From contig DPHC01000008.1 of assembly GCA_003523055.1 (NCBI GenBank), positions 5,967 to 69,966 of the forward strand: a stretch of 64,000 bases of DNA, read 5' to 3'. The notes beneath the pieces were generated by a model. It worked only from the letters and a program-made list of their open reading frames with translations, was not told the DNA's origin and made no database searches. Shown here piece by piece: positions 28,691 to 38,189 of this stretch. The DNA comes from Dehalococcoidia bacterium. GTDB taxonomy: Bacteria > Chloroflexota > Dehalococcoidia > Lucifugimonadales > UBA3495. Every line of letters begins with the position of its first letter. The first letter of the stretch is position 1. Both the position numbers and the translations under genes were made by a program.

Positions 28691-29482
28691 ATGACGAAAA
28701 TTGCCAAAGGGCTCAAAACAATAATTTTATCCGGAGGACTGGGTACCCGTCTATCGGAAGAAACTGATGTGAAACCCAAGCCTATGGTAGAAATCGGAGG
28801 CTACCCTATAATATGGCACATTATGAATATATATAGCACATATGGCCATAATGAATTCTATGTCGCTTTAGGTTACAAAGGAGAACAAATAAAACGATAT
28901 TTTATGGAATATAACCTACTTCAAAATGACCTGAATGTTAATTTACAAACTGGCACTACTACTGCAACTGGTAATGCAAAACATCAGAATTGGGACATAA
29001 ATTTGATGAATACAGGCCAAGACACCCAAACTGGTGGAAGAATTCTTAAGCTTCAAGATTACATTTCTTCAGGGACTTTTATGGCCACCTATGGGGATGG
29101 TGTCTCTGATATAAATATTCAAAACCTTATCCAATTTCATAAATCCCATGGCAAATTAGCGACTATCACCGCAGTAAGACCACCTTCTCGATTTGGTACA
29201 TTACAATTTGAAGATGATAAAGTTATATCTTTTGCAGAAAAACCTCAAATAGATGAAGGGTGGATCAATGGAGGATTTTTTGTATTGGAACCACAAGTCT
29301 TAGATTATATTGATAACGACAGCACTATTTTTGAAAGAGATCCTTTAGAAAAACTAGCGCAAGATGGTCAATTAATGGCATACAAACATCAAGGGTTCTG
29401 GCAACCAATGGATACACTCCGAGAACTTCGTCTTTTAAGAAACATGTGGGATACCAATCAGGCTCCATGGAAAACATGGTAG
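28691..29482 (+). CDS. rfbF: Glucose-1-phosphate cytidylyltransferase
   Basis: IILSGGLGTRLSEETDVKPKPMVEIGGYPIIWHIMNIYS ... FWQPMDTLRE ... APWKTW, a close colinear match to my recollection of Salmonella RfbF. Confidence 0.9.
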   Translation: MTKIAKGLKTIILSGGLGTRLSEETDVKPKPMVEIGGYPIIWHIMNIYSTYGHNEFYVALGYKGEQIKRYFMEYNLLQNDLNVNLQTGTTTATGNAKHQNWDINLMNTGQDTQTGGRILKLQDYISSGTFMATYGDGVSDINIQNLIQFHKSHGKLATITAVRPPSRFGTLQFEDDKVISFAEKPQIDEGWINGGFFVLEPQVLDYIDNDSTIFERDPLEKLAQDGQLMAYKHQGFWQPMDTLRELRLLRNMWDTNQAPWKTW

Positions 29483-30474
29483 CATCAAAAATACAAAACT
29501 TACAAAATACTAACGTTCTTGTAACAGGCGGTACTGGAATCATCGGATCTTGGCTAGTGGAAGAATTACTCTCTCATAATATTAATTCAAATTTAATAAT
29601 ATGGGGAGAGATAGAAAATCCTAAGTTCACTACCTCATCAATGTTAACCAAAACAAATAACCTATATGGATCACTTACCGACTTCGAATTCATTAAATCC
29701 TGTATTATAAATAACGAAATAGATGTAGTGTTCCATCTTGGTGCGCAAGCAATAGTAGAAACTGCTTACGACGATCCATTAACAACTTATGAATCTAATA
29801 TAAGAGGAACTTATAATTTGCTTGAGGCCTGCAGGATTTCTACAAACCCTGTGAAAGCTGTAATAGTTGCTTCTAGCGACAAAGCGTATGGAACTCATGA
29901 AAAATTGCCATATACTGAAAATACCAACCTCCAAGGAGTATTTCCATACGAAGTCTCAAAATCCTGCACAGATTTAATAGCACAATCTTATGCCGTGACA
30001 TATAACTTACCCGTAGGCATAGCTAGATGTGGAAATGTGTACGGAGGTGGAGATATGAACTGGAATCGTATTGTTCCAAGCACAATAGCTGATCTATTCA
30101 ATAATAAAGCTCCTATAATCCGGAGTGATGGTAGTAACTTAAGAGATTATATATATGTTAAAGATATTGTAGACGCATATATAACTTTAGCTGAAACAGT
30201 CCTGGCTGGCTCTGAATACGGTCAAGCTTTCAATTTTGGCAATAATCAGCCTTTGAGTGTAATTGATATTGTAAAAACAATATCGAACCTAATGAACAAA
30301 GAGGAACTTAGCCCTCAAATTCTTAATTCCGCCCATGGAGAAATCCATTCCCAATACCTTGACTGCACTAAAGCGAAACAAATATTAAACTGGCAACCTT
30401 CTTATTCATTAAAGAACGGTATGTCAGAAACTATAAATTGGTACAACGAGTTTTTAAGTAATTATCATGAGTGA
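29476..30474 (+). CDS. rfbG: CDP-glucose 4,6-dehydratase-like SDR
   Basis: [14 protein letters not shown] Rossmann motif and a YEVSK catalytic motif. Located between rfbF and rfbH. Start ambiguous (29446, 29467 or 29476). Confidence 0.7.
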   Translation: MVASKIQNLQNTNVLVTGGTGIIGSWLVEELLSHNINSNLIIWGEIENPKFTTSSMLTKTNNLYGSLTDFEFIKSCIINNEIDVVFHLGAQAIVETAYDDPLTTYESNIRGTYNLLEACRISTNPVKAVIVASSDKAYGTHEKLPYTENTNLQGVFPYEVSKSCTDLIAQSYAVTYNLPVGIARCGNVYGGGDMNWNRIVPSTIADLFNNKAPIIRSDGSNLRDYIYVKDIVDAYITLAETVLAGSEYGQAFNFGNNQPLSVIDIVKTISNLMNKEELSPQILNSAHGEIHSQYLDCTKAKQILNWQPSYSLKNGMSETINWYNEFLSNYHE

Positions 30475-31789
30475 TAACAAAAAAATAGAATCACTCCGCA
30501 CTCAGATAATGAAATTATCTGAGGAGTATTACCGAGAGAAATATCCTGACAAAACTTTCTCTCCCGGTGATGATTACATCCCAGTCTCTGGAAAAGTTAT
30601 AGATTCTTCAGAGTTAATCAATAGCATAGATGCTGCCCTAGATATGTGGTTCACATCTGGTAGGCACGCTAACCAATTTGAAAGAAACCTCGCTAAATAT
30701 TTCAATGTAAGGCATGCCATTTTATGCAATTCTGGTTCATCAGCAAATTTATTAGCTATAAGTAGCCTCACCTCACCTAAATTAGAAGATCGTCAACTCA
30801 AACCAGGAGATGAGATAATTACCGTAGCCGCTGGATTCCCTACAACGGTGAACCCAATTATACAAAATGGATTAATCCCAGTATTTATAGACATAGAGCT
30901 TGGTACATACAACACGACTATTCAAAAAATTGAAGAAGCCTTCGGTCCAAAAACCAAAGGAGTGTTTATAGCCCATACTCTCGGAAACCCTTACGACGCT
31001 AAATCTGTAAAAGAGTTTGCTAACCACCATAATTTATGGTTTATTGAGGACAATTGTGACGCCGTAGGATCCACACTTAATAATCAACTGACAGGAACAT
31101 TCGGAGACCTCTCAACCATCAGTATGTACCCGGCACACCACATTACGACAGGTGAAGGTGGTTGTGTCACCACCAATAGCCCTAATTTAAAAGTCTTAGT
31201 AGAATCCTTTCGTGAATGGGGAAGAGATTGTTGGTGTGAACCGGGTAAAGATAATACTTGCGGGAAAAGATTCGAATGGCAATTCCAAGACCTACCATTC
31301 GGTTATGATCATAAGTACATATACTCTCATATTGGATACAATTTAAAAATGACGGATTTTCAAGCGGCTATAGGCAATGCTCAACTAGATAAATTACCAA
31401 ATTTCATTGAAATCCGAAGGAATAATTTCCACTATTTAGATTCTCTTCTTAATCCTTTATCCGATTTCTTATTACTGCCAAAGGCAACTGAAAACACCAA
31501 TCCTTCTTGGTTCGGATATCCGATTACATTGAAATCCTCTTGCCATTTTAGTAGAAGAGATATAACTACATATCTGGAAAATAATAAAATCGGTACTCGG
31601 CTACTTTTCGCTGGTAATTTACTAAGACAACCAGCCTACAAACATATTAATCACCGTATAGTTGGTGACCTAACTAACACAGATATCGTAGCTGAAAATA
31701 CTTTTTGGATTGGAATCTATCCTGGGATCACCAAAGACATGTTAAATTACATGGCAACCACCATATCTAAATTCGTACAAGGTCATTAG
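30467..31789 (+). CDS. rfbH: CDP-6-deoxy-L-threo-D-glycero-4-hexulose 3-dehydrase (E1, RfbH/DdhC-type, DegT family)
   Basis: [14 protein letters not shown] (His replaces the PLP lysine). Fe-S motif [17 protein letters not shown] (C-x-C-x7-C). Colinear with remembered RfbH throughout ([35 protein letters not shown]). Confidence 0.9.
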   Translation: MSDNKKIESLRTQIMKLSEEYYREKYPDKTFSPGDDYIPVSGKVIDSSELINSIDAALDMWFTSGRHANQFERNLAKYFNVRHAILCNSGSSANLLAISSLTSPKLEDRQLKPGDEIITVAAGFPTTVNPIIQNGLIPVFIDIELGTYNTTIQKIEEAFGPKTKGVFIAHTLGNPYDAKSVKEFANHHNLWFIEDNCDAVGSTLNNQLTGTFGDLSTISMYPAHHITTGEGGCVTTNSPNLKVLVESFREWGRDCWCEPGKDNTCGKRFEWQFQDLPFGYDHKYIYSHIGYNLKMTDFQAAIGNAQLDKLPNFIEIRRNNFHYLDSLLNPLSDFLLLPKATENTNPSWFGYPITLKSSCHFSRRDITTYLENNKIGTRLLFAGNLLRQPAYKHINHRIVGDLTNTDIVAENTFWIGIYPGITKDMLNYMATTISKFVQGH

Positions 31790-31807
31790 TAGTCAATTTC
31801 TAGAATC

Positions 31808-32527
31808 ATGTTATTAACTGTAATTTTATGCGTATATAACGAAAAAAACCGGATTGAGCGAGCTTATCACCAGCTCCACTCTCAGTTAACCGAATCAAAG
31901 CTTCAATATGAAGTGATAATTATAGACAATGGCTCCTCAGATGGAACTCGTGGTTGGCTAAAAACTGTTTCAGAACCCCATACTACCGTCATTTTCAACG
32001 AAAGTAATTTGGGTAAAGGAGGATCTATAAAGTTAGGCATAAGACTATCCAAAGGAGATTATATACTTATCCATGATCCTGATTTGGAATACGACGCTAA
32101 AGACATCTTACCACTTATGAATCTCGCACTAACCAGTAAAGCTGATTTGGCTCTCGGAAGTAGAGTTTTAGGCGGTACGAATATCTCATATAAATATCTA
32201 CAGAACTATATAGGAGTAGCTGTACTCGCTAAAATCATAAATGTGCTATATATGAGTAACATTACTGATCCAGCTACGGCTATGAAATTAATGAAAGCTT
32301 CATTCATAAAAAACATCTGTCTCAAAAATTCTGGATTCAATCTAGATTTTGAAATAGTGGTCAAAACCTTAAGGCTCGCTGGTACTGTAGTAGAAAGTAG
32401 AATATCCTATTACCCACGAACCAAAGCCGAAGGTAAAAAGCTCAACGCTTGGAAAGATGGATTCGCTTCATTAATGACCATTATTATCAATAGATTTCAA
32501 ACCAAAGAAAAGATGAGATCAATATAA
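31808..32527 (+). CDS. GT2-family glycosyltransferase, polyprenyl-phosphate sugar synthase-like (DPM1/ArnC/GtrB type)
   Basis: LTVILCVYNEKNRI, IIIDNGSSDGT and HDPDLEYD (DxD). 239 aa, with no C-terminal TM segments. Confidence 0.75.
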   Translation: MLLTVILCVYNEKNRIERAYHQLHSQLTESKLQYEVIIIDNGSSDGTRGWLKTVSEPHTTVIFNESNLGKGGSIKLGIRLSKGDYILIHDPDLEYDAKDILPLMNLALTSKADLALGSRVLGGTNISYKYLQNYIGVAVLAKIINVLYMSNITDPATAMKLMKASFIKNICLKNSGFNLDFEIVVKTLRLAGTVVESRISYYPRTKAEGKKLNAWKDGFASLMTIIINRFQTKEKMRSI

Positions 32528-32739
32528 TTAGCTATTTACCCAAATACCCGAGCTATCTATTCAATGTTCTGACTCCAGAATTTCTCACCGTTTTAGTCAT
32601 TTTCTTAGTTGGCCTCATATCAAGGTTAATATTTTTAGAATTTTATTGGTACGATCCTTCTCAACTATGGGACGATGAACCAGATTATATATTCTTATCA
32701 AAATATATAATCTCAGGTGGAAGTTGGATATCAAGTAAC

Positions 32740-33807
32740 ATGCCACATAGCAGGCCAGTATTATTGAGTTTAATAATTAGTCCCTTTGCTGAATTGAATC
32801 CTCATATAATACGCATAATATTGGTCTTTATATCATCTACCACAACTATATTCGTGTACTTTTTAAGTAAAACTATTTTCCCTTCATCTAAATCGCTTAG
32901 GATAATATCCAGTATTATATGGGCATTATATCCCCCAGCAATTTGGTACTCTGGGCTAATTCTTACGGAGGCCTTAACATCATTACTTTTAATAATAACT
33001 GCTTTAACATTGATAAAACTGATATATACTCATAAAAGCTTCCCAGCTATATACGTAGGCATTTCTTTGGGATTATTAATCCTCACGAGATCTTCTTATG
33101 TATTTCTTCCTTTTGCATTAGTTAGTTTCTCAATATTGTCGCCATATGTATTTAAAAAGCCATTATTTACATTAAATCAATGCTTACTATTTATATTTAC
33201 AGCATGCATAGTAACCTCCCCTATAATAATTCGTAATTATTCCTCAGTCCAATCTTTTTTACCTACAGAAACTCGGTTGGCATATGGGTTAATCATGTCA
33301 AATGGAGATTTCAAAAGCACTAGTATTAGACAAGGAGGATATGACAAAAATACAGAGGCAATGAAAAAGTATTCAGAATTGCAACAACAGGGAGTCTCTT
33401 TTAGTGACCTTAATAAAGCTGCTAAAAGTATCACAATAGAACAGCTTAGAACCAATTATAATTTGTTACCTGAGATTCTCATGCACAGAACTATAAATTT
33501 TTGGGGACCCCGGCCGGATCCATTTGATTCAGAATTTACTAACAACGATATTATTATGGTAATAATATGGGCACCAATTTTATTAATGTTTCTATTTTCA
33601 TTTTTATGGCTCAGAAGTATAGAGTTCTGGCTGATTATCGGGATTTTAGCGTATGTTTACTTAACCAGTATGATTTTTTGGTGTTCCCCTAGATTTAGAT
33701 TTCCTATTGATTCTTTTATAATAATTCTCTCTGTTTATTCGAGTAATAAGCTCTTCTTATTCTTGTTACCTTATTTTAAATATAAGCAATTAACAACAAA
33801 TGATTGA
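32740..33807 (+). CDS. GT-C-fold polytopic membrane glycosyltransferase (ArnT/PMT_2-like). The true 5' end probably lies upstream of the first ATG
   Basis: Multiple hydrophobic helices throughout. The frame stays open back to 32494 and there encodes a TM helix plus a DDEPDY loop, but contains no ATG/GTG/TTG (see finding). Confidence 0.65.
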   Translation: MPHSRPVLLSLIISPFAELNPHIIRIILVFISSTTTIFVYFLSKTIFPSSKSLRIISSIIWALYPPAIWYSGLILTEALTSLLLIITALTLIKLIYTHKSFPAIYVGISLGLLILTRSSYVFLPFALVSFSILSPYVFKKPLFTLNQCLLFIFTACIVTSPIIIRNYSSVQSFLPTETRLAYGLIMSNGDFKSTSIRQGGYDKNTEAMKKYSELQQQGVSFSDLNKAAKSITIEQLRTNYNLLPEILMHRTINFWGPRPDPFDSEFTNNDIIMVIIWAPILLMFLFSFLWLRSIEFWLIIGILAYVYLTSMIFWCSPRFRFPIDSFIIILSVYSSNKLFLFLLPYFKYKQLTTND

Positions 33808-34717
33808 TTGGTACAGAAAAGAACTCCAATCGTACAAAAACACTTCGGTTTTAGTTACCGGAGGATCTGGTTTTTTTGGAAATCGGCTGATAAGCATATT
33901 AGAAGATTTAAATGCAGATGTGGTTAGCACTACAAGATCTCATACATTAAGTAAAAACAAACAGTCCATTCAAGTTGATTTAACAGATTTAGAAGAAAGC
34001 AAATCTTTATTGCAAAGCCATCAATATGAAATCATTTTTCATTTGTCAGGTTGGGTATCTAGCAACAAGAATTTTGAGCATGTAAGAACTGCTTACAACA
34101 ATAATTTGTTATCAACACTAAATTTATTAGAAAACAGCGTACGTTATTCACCAGGAAGCAAAATGGTTATCCCTGGATCAGAGTTAGAAGATAGTCATAT
34201 CATTACTCCGTATTCTGTATCTAAAAATGCCAGTTCTATGTATGTTGATTTATTTAAAAATCACTACAATGCCAATATAACATCACTGAAAATTTGTTTA
34301 ACATATGGCCCCACTCAAAATCAAGAAAGTTTAGTACCTCATATAATAAAATCGTTTTTGCAAAGCGATGATCTTTTAACCTTAAATTTAAATCGTGAAT
34401 GTGATGCATTGTACATAGATGATGTCGTAAATGCTCTTTTATTATCTGGATTATCAAAACACACTCCGAATACAATTCATATAGGCTCAGGCCAACATCT
34501 AACAGTTAAGAATATTTCAGATAATATTTTGAATTTGATGGGAAAAAACACTGCCTTAATTAAATATATTGAAGACATAACTAATATTTCAGATCTCAAT
34601 AACGTTAAAGATATAAACCCGGCTCTTGAATATATTAACTGGGCTCCTTCGTGGAATCTGTCAAGTGGGCTTACTGAAACCATCAACTGGTTCACACAGA
34701 AGATGAACACTCGATGA
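33800..34717 (+). CDS. NAD-dependent epimerase/dehydratase-family SDR (CDP-4-keto-dideoxyhexose reductase-type candidate)
   Basis: VLVTGGSGFFGNRL Rossmann motif and a YSVSK catalytic motif. About 305 aa, the size class of abequose/paratose synthases. Confidence 0.7.
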   Translation: MIDWYRKELQSYKNTSVLVTGGSGFFGNRLISILEDLNADVVSTTRSHTLSKNKQSIQVDLTDLEESKSLLQSHQYEIIFHLSGWVSSNKNFEHVRTAYNNNLLSTLNLLENSVRYSPGSKMVIPGSELEDSHIITPYSVSKNASSMYVDLFKNHYNANITSLKICLTYGPTQNQESLVPHIIKSFLQSDDLLTLNLNRECDALYIDDVVNALLLSGLSKHTPNTIHIGSGQHLTVKNISDNILNLMGKNTALIKYIEDITNISDLNNVKDINPALEYINWAPSWNLSSGLTETINWFTQKMNTR

Positions 34718-35916
34718 AAATCATACACGTTGCTGATTATGTTATGCCAGATATGGGATATCAAGAATTCATACTGCCTAAATGGAATGCAAAACATGGG
34801 CATTCAGTTCATATTATTACTTCTGATAGATACACTCCAGTTCCAGATTATGATGCTACATGGAAAGAAATTCTGGGCCCGAGACGTATAGGTTTCTCCA
34901 CTAAAATATTGAATAATGTAACGATACACAGACTACCAGTACGTTTAGAATTCAAAAGAAGGATCTGGTTATCTGGGTTAAAGGTAAAAATAAAAGAGAT
35001 TCAACCAGATATAGTTTTTTGCCACGGAACTAGTTCTCCACTGGCTTTCAAATTAGCAACAATTTGCAAACAACTACACATTCCCTTAATAATGGATAAT
35101 CATATGGCGTTTGTTGCGCAAGGGAAGGGTTTAACAGCAACCATATATTACTTTTTATTAAAATTGGTAACTAAAATATATATCAACAATCGAGTGCAGC
35201 ATTTCTTTGGCATGAGTCAGGAATCTTGTGACTTCATGGTTACCCAACAAGGAATTAACCGAACCAAAGTCTCAACATTAGATTTTGGTGTAGATACAGA
35301 TATATTTATTCCAGATCATGAAAAATCAGTTGTCACTAGATCAAAGTATGGAATACCAAACGAGGCAATAATAGTTATGCAAACAGGCAAACTATCAAAA
35401 GAAAAAGGAACCGAAACACTCACTGAAGCGATTTTAGAGCCCATGAAACAAAATCCAAATATATGGCTTGTGTTTGTTGGTGGAGGTAATGGTGATTACC
35501 TTGATAAATGTTTAAACCCTCTTACAGCCCAAAGCATGAGTGACAGAGTCAAAGTTATTCCTTTTGTGCCGATTACCGAATTACCGAATCTTATGAACAT
35601 GTCAGATATATGTGTATACCCTGGAGAATCGTCATTAAGTTGCATGGAAGCGTCTGCGTGCAACAAACCCGTTATTATAACTGATCTCCCATGGGGAAAA
35701 ACCAGAGCAGAAGCAGGAATTGGAACATGCTATGAAACAGGAAATGCAAAAAATTTGCAAATGCATTTAGAGCAATTAATGGAATCCCCAGCATTAAGGC
35801 AAAGCCTAGGGCAAACAGCAAGAACTAAAGTTATAGAATTATACTCCTACGATCAAGTAGCCAAAAATGTTGAATCCATAATGGAGAATATTGTAAAGTC
35901 CTATGTCAGTATTTAA
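34714..35916 (+). CDS. GT4-family glycosyltransferase
   Basis: GT-B layout. C-terminal SLSCMEASACNKPVIITD, an E-x7-E-like region. Confidence 0.8.
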   Translation: MKIIHVADYVMPDMGYQEFILPKWNAKHGHSVHIITSDRYTPVPDYDATWKEILGPRRIGFSTKILNNVTIHRLPVRLEFKRRIWLSGLKVKIKEIQPDIVFCHGTSSPLAFKLATICKQLHIPLIMDNHMAFVAQGKGLTATIYYFLLKLVTKIYINNRVQHFFGMSQESCDFMVTQQGINRTKVSTLDFGVDTDIFIPDHEKSVVTRSKYGIPNEAIIVMQTGKLSKEKGTETLTEAILEPMKQNPNIWLVFVGGGNGDYLDKCLNPLTAQSMSDRVKVIPFVPITELPNLMNMSDICVYPGESSLSCMEASACNKPVIITDLPWGKTRAEAGIGTCYETGNAKNLQMHLEQLMESPALRQSLGQTARTKVIELYSYDQVAKNVESIMENIVKSYVSI

Positions 35917-37027
35917 GAAATTTTTACACATTGTAGGAGCGAGACCTAATTTTATTAAAGTAGGCCCCTTAATAAAAAGCCTTGATGAAAAGATATTACC
36001 TGGGAATCAACTCTTGTTACACACAGGCCAACATTTCGACAATAATATGTCAGATGTGTTTTTTAATGAATTAGAATTACCCAAACCTGATATTAATTTA
36101 AATGTATCAACTGGTAATCCGATTCTTCAATTATCAGAAATGATCTCCGGTTTATCTGATACTCTAACAAATTTCAAACCCGACTGCATAATAGTTTACG
36201 GAGATACCAACTCTGCTCTTGCAGGTGCTCTGGCTGGTACAAAGCTTTCAATACCAGTAGCTCATGTAGAAGCAGGACTTCGATCAAATGACAAAAATAT
36301 GCCGGAAGAAATTAACCGTATTATTACTGACAATATATCAGAGTTCTTGTTCACACCATCAAAAGATGCTGATAAAAACCTAGCTCGTGAAAATATATCC
36401 GCAAATAAAATATTTTTTGTCGGCAATATCATGATAGACACTTTAATCAATTCAATGCCTAAAATAAATAATTCTTCTGTTTTGGAAAAACTCGGTCTCA
36501 TAAATAATCATGTTAGTCATATTCAGCCATACACAGTATTAACACTACACCGACCAACTAATGTAGACAATTACCAGCTGTTAAAACATCTATTAGAGTC
36601 TGTAACATCTGTACCTGATATCAGTCCGATTGTATTTCCCGTACATCCACGAGCAACTCACCTGGTAAATACGATCTGTAAAAATATAGACTCCAAAAGA
36701 CTCATATGCATTGAGCCATTAGGTTACTTAGATTTCTTGAAACTAATAAAAGAATCAAGTTTAGTAATTACTGACTCTGGCGGTATCCAAGAAGAAACAA
36801 CTTATCTACAAACACCCTGCATAACACTTAGAACTACTACAGAACGTCCCATTACCATTACAGAAGGTACCAACGAATTAATTAATCCTGAATCGTTAAA
36901 CCTGGCAGATCTTCTTAAAATATCCATACCAAATTTAAAAAACAAACCTTCAACAATACCTGAATTATGGGATGGGAAAACTGGCAGCAGGATAGCCCAT
37001 ATTTTAACCGCTCAATATGACAACTAA
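35903..37027 (+). CDS. wecB: UDP-N-acetylglucosamine 2-epimerase (non-hydrolysing), copy 1
   Basis: HIVGARPNFIKVGPL, VYGDTNSALAGAL, HVEAGLRS, PEEINR and TDSGGIQEE. Confidence 0.85.
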   Translation: MSVFKKFLHIVGARPNFIKVGPLIKSLDEKILPGNQLLLHTGQHFDNNMSDVFFNELELPKPDINLNVSTGNPILQLSEMISGLSDTLTNFKPDCIIVYGDTNSALAGALAGTKLSIPVAHVEAGLRSNDKNMPEEINRIITDNISEFLFTPSKDADKNLARENISANKIFFVGNIMIDTLINSMPKINNSSVLEKLGLINNHVSHIQPYTVLTLHRPTNVDNYQLLKHLLESVTSVPDISPIVFPVHPRATHLVNTICKNIDSKRLICIEPLGYLDFLKLIKESSLVITDSGGIQEETTYLQTPCITLRTTTERPITITEGTNELINPESLNLADLLKISIPNLKNKPSTIPELWDGKTGSRIAHILTAQYDN

Positions 37028-38189
37028 AACTAAAATATTATTTGCTGATCCCAGTGAAACATCAGGTGGGCCTAGGCAAGTTGGTCAAATTATATTAAAT
37101 GGACTAAATCCCGAAAAGTATGACATACTATTAGGAAGTCCTCAAAAAAATTACGCTATAAATCCGGGAATCAAAACCAAATATATGCCTGCAATACATA
37201 ACGTACAAAGGCCTAAAAGCTTAAAAGCCGCTTACACCACATTAAAAACTTTTCCAACCAATGTTATGTCTCTATGTAAATTTATTAAGTCCCATAAAAT
37301 TGATCTTATACATTCCAATAATGAGATCTGTTTTACAACGTTCGCTGCGGCGAAGTTGACCCAAACACCGCATGTTGTACATGTACACGGTTTAGGTTTT
37401 TCCAAAAGTATATTCTCGCAAATATTCGCTCAAATACTAAATAACTGTTCAGATGTGATAATTGCCGTGTCTGATTCAGTTACGAAAAAATTGGAGCAAT
37501 CTGGAGTACCTTCATCTAAAATAGAAACAATCTACAATGGAATAGATACTGACATCTTTTCTCCTTCCACTCCATCTTTATATGCTCACCATAAATTCAA
37601 TTTGCCAGAACATTGCCAAATCATAACAATGATCAGTGCTTTAGACCCTAGAAAGGGGCATGAGCTATTAATAAAAGCAGCAAACCACATTAAATCTTAT
37701 ACTCCAAATGCCTATTTTCTTATAGTAGGAGAAACTCTTCCAGATCAAATTCAATACAAAGCACACCTAACTGAACTAATACAGAGCTATGGTTTGGAAG
37801 ACCGAGTGTTGTTTACAGGATTTCAAGAAAATATTAGAGAGTTATTGAATTGTACATCGATATTAATTCAACCCTCTCTGACCGACGCTGGTCCGTTGGT
37901 ACCTCTAGAAGCAATGAGTTGTGGAATCCCAGTTGTAGCCACAAACGTTGGTGGAAATCCTGAAGAAATCATAAATGGCATAACAGGGCTAATAGTTCCA
38001 GAAAATGATCTAATATCTCTAGGTGAAGCTATCATTAAATTGCTTAATAATGATGAGTTTCGGCAAGAAATGGGTAATAATGCTAGGAAGTGGGTCAAAA
38101 GTAAATTCGATTCTAGAGCACTTATTGATAACATAGAATATGTCTATGATACTTTGATGAATAAACCTAAGGATACAAATATTAACTAA
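37017..38189 (+). CDS. GT4-family glycosyltransferase
   Basis: PLEAMSCGIPVVATNVGGNPEEI, the EX7E motif region. Confidence 0.85.
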   Translation: MTTKTKILFADPSETSGGPRQVGQIILNGLNPEKYDILLGSPQKNYAINPGIKTKYMPAIHNVQRPKSLKAAYTTLKTFPTNVMSLCKFIKSHKIDLIHSNNEICFTTFAAAKLTQTPHVVHVHGLGFSKSIFSQIFAQILNNCSDVIIAVSDSVTKKLEQSGVPSSKIETIYNGIDTDIFSPSTPSLYAHHKFNLPEHCQIITMISALDPRKGHELLIKAANHIKSYTPNAYFLIVGETLPDQIQYKAHLTELIQSYGLEDRVLFTGFQENIRELLNCTSILIQPSLTDAGPLVPLEAMSCGIPVVATNVGGNPEEIINGITGLIVPENDLISLGEAIIKLLNNDEFRQEMGNNARKWVKSKFDSRALIDNIEYVYDTLMNKPKDTNIN

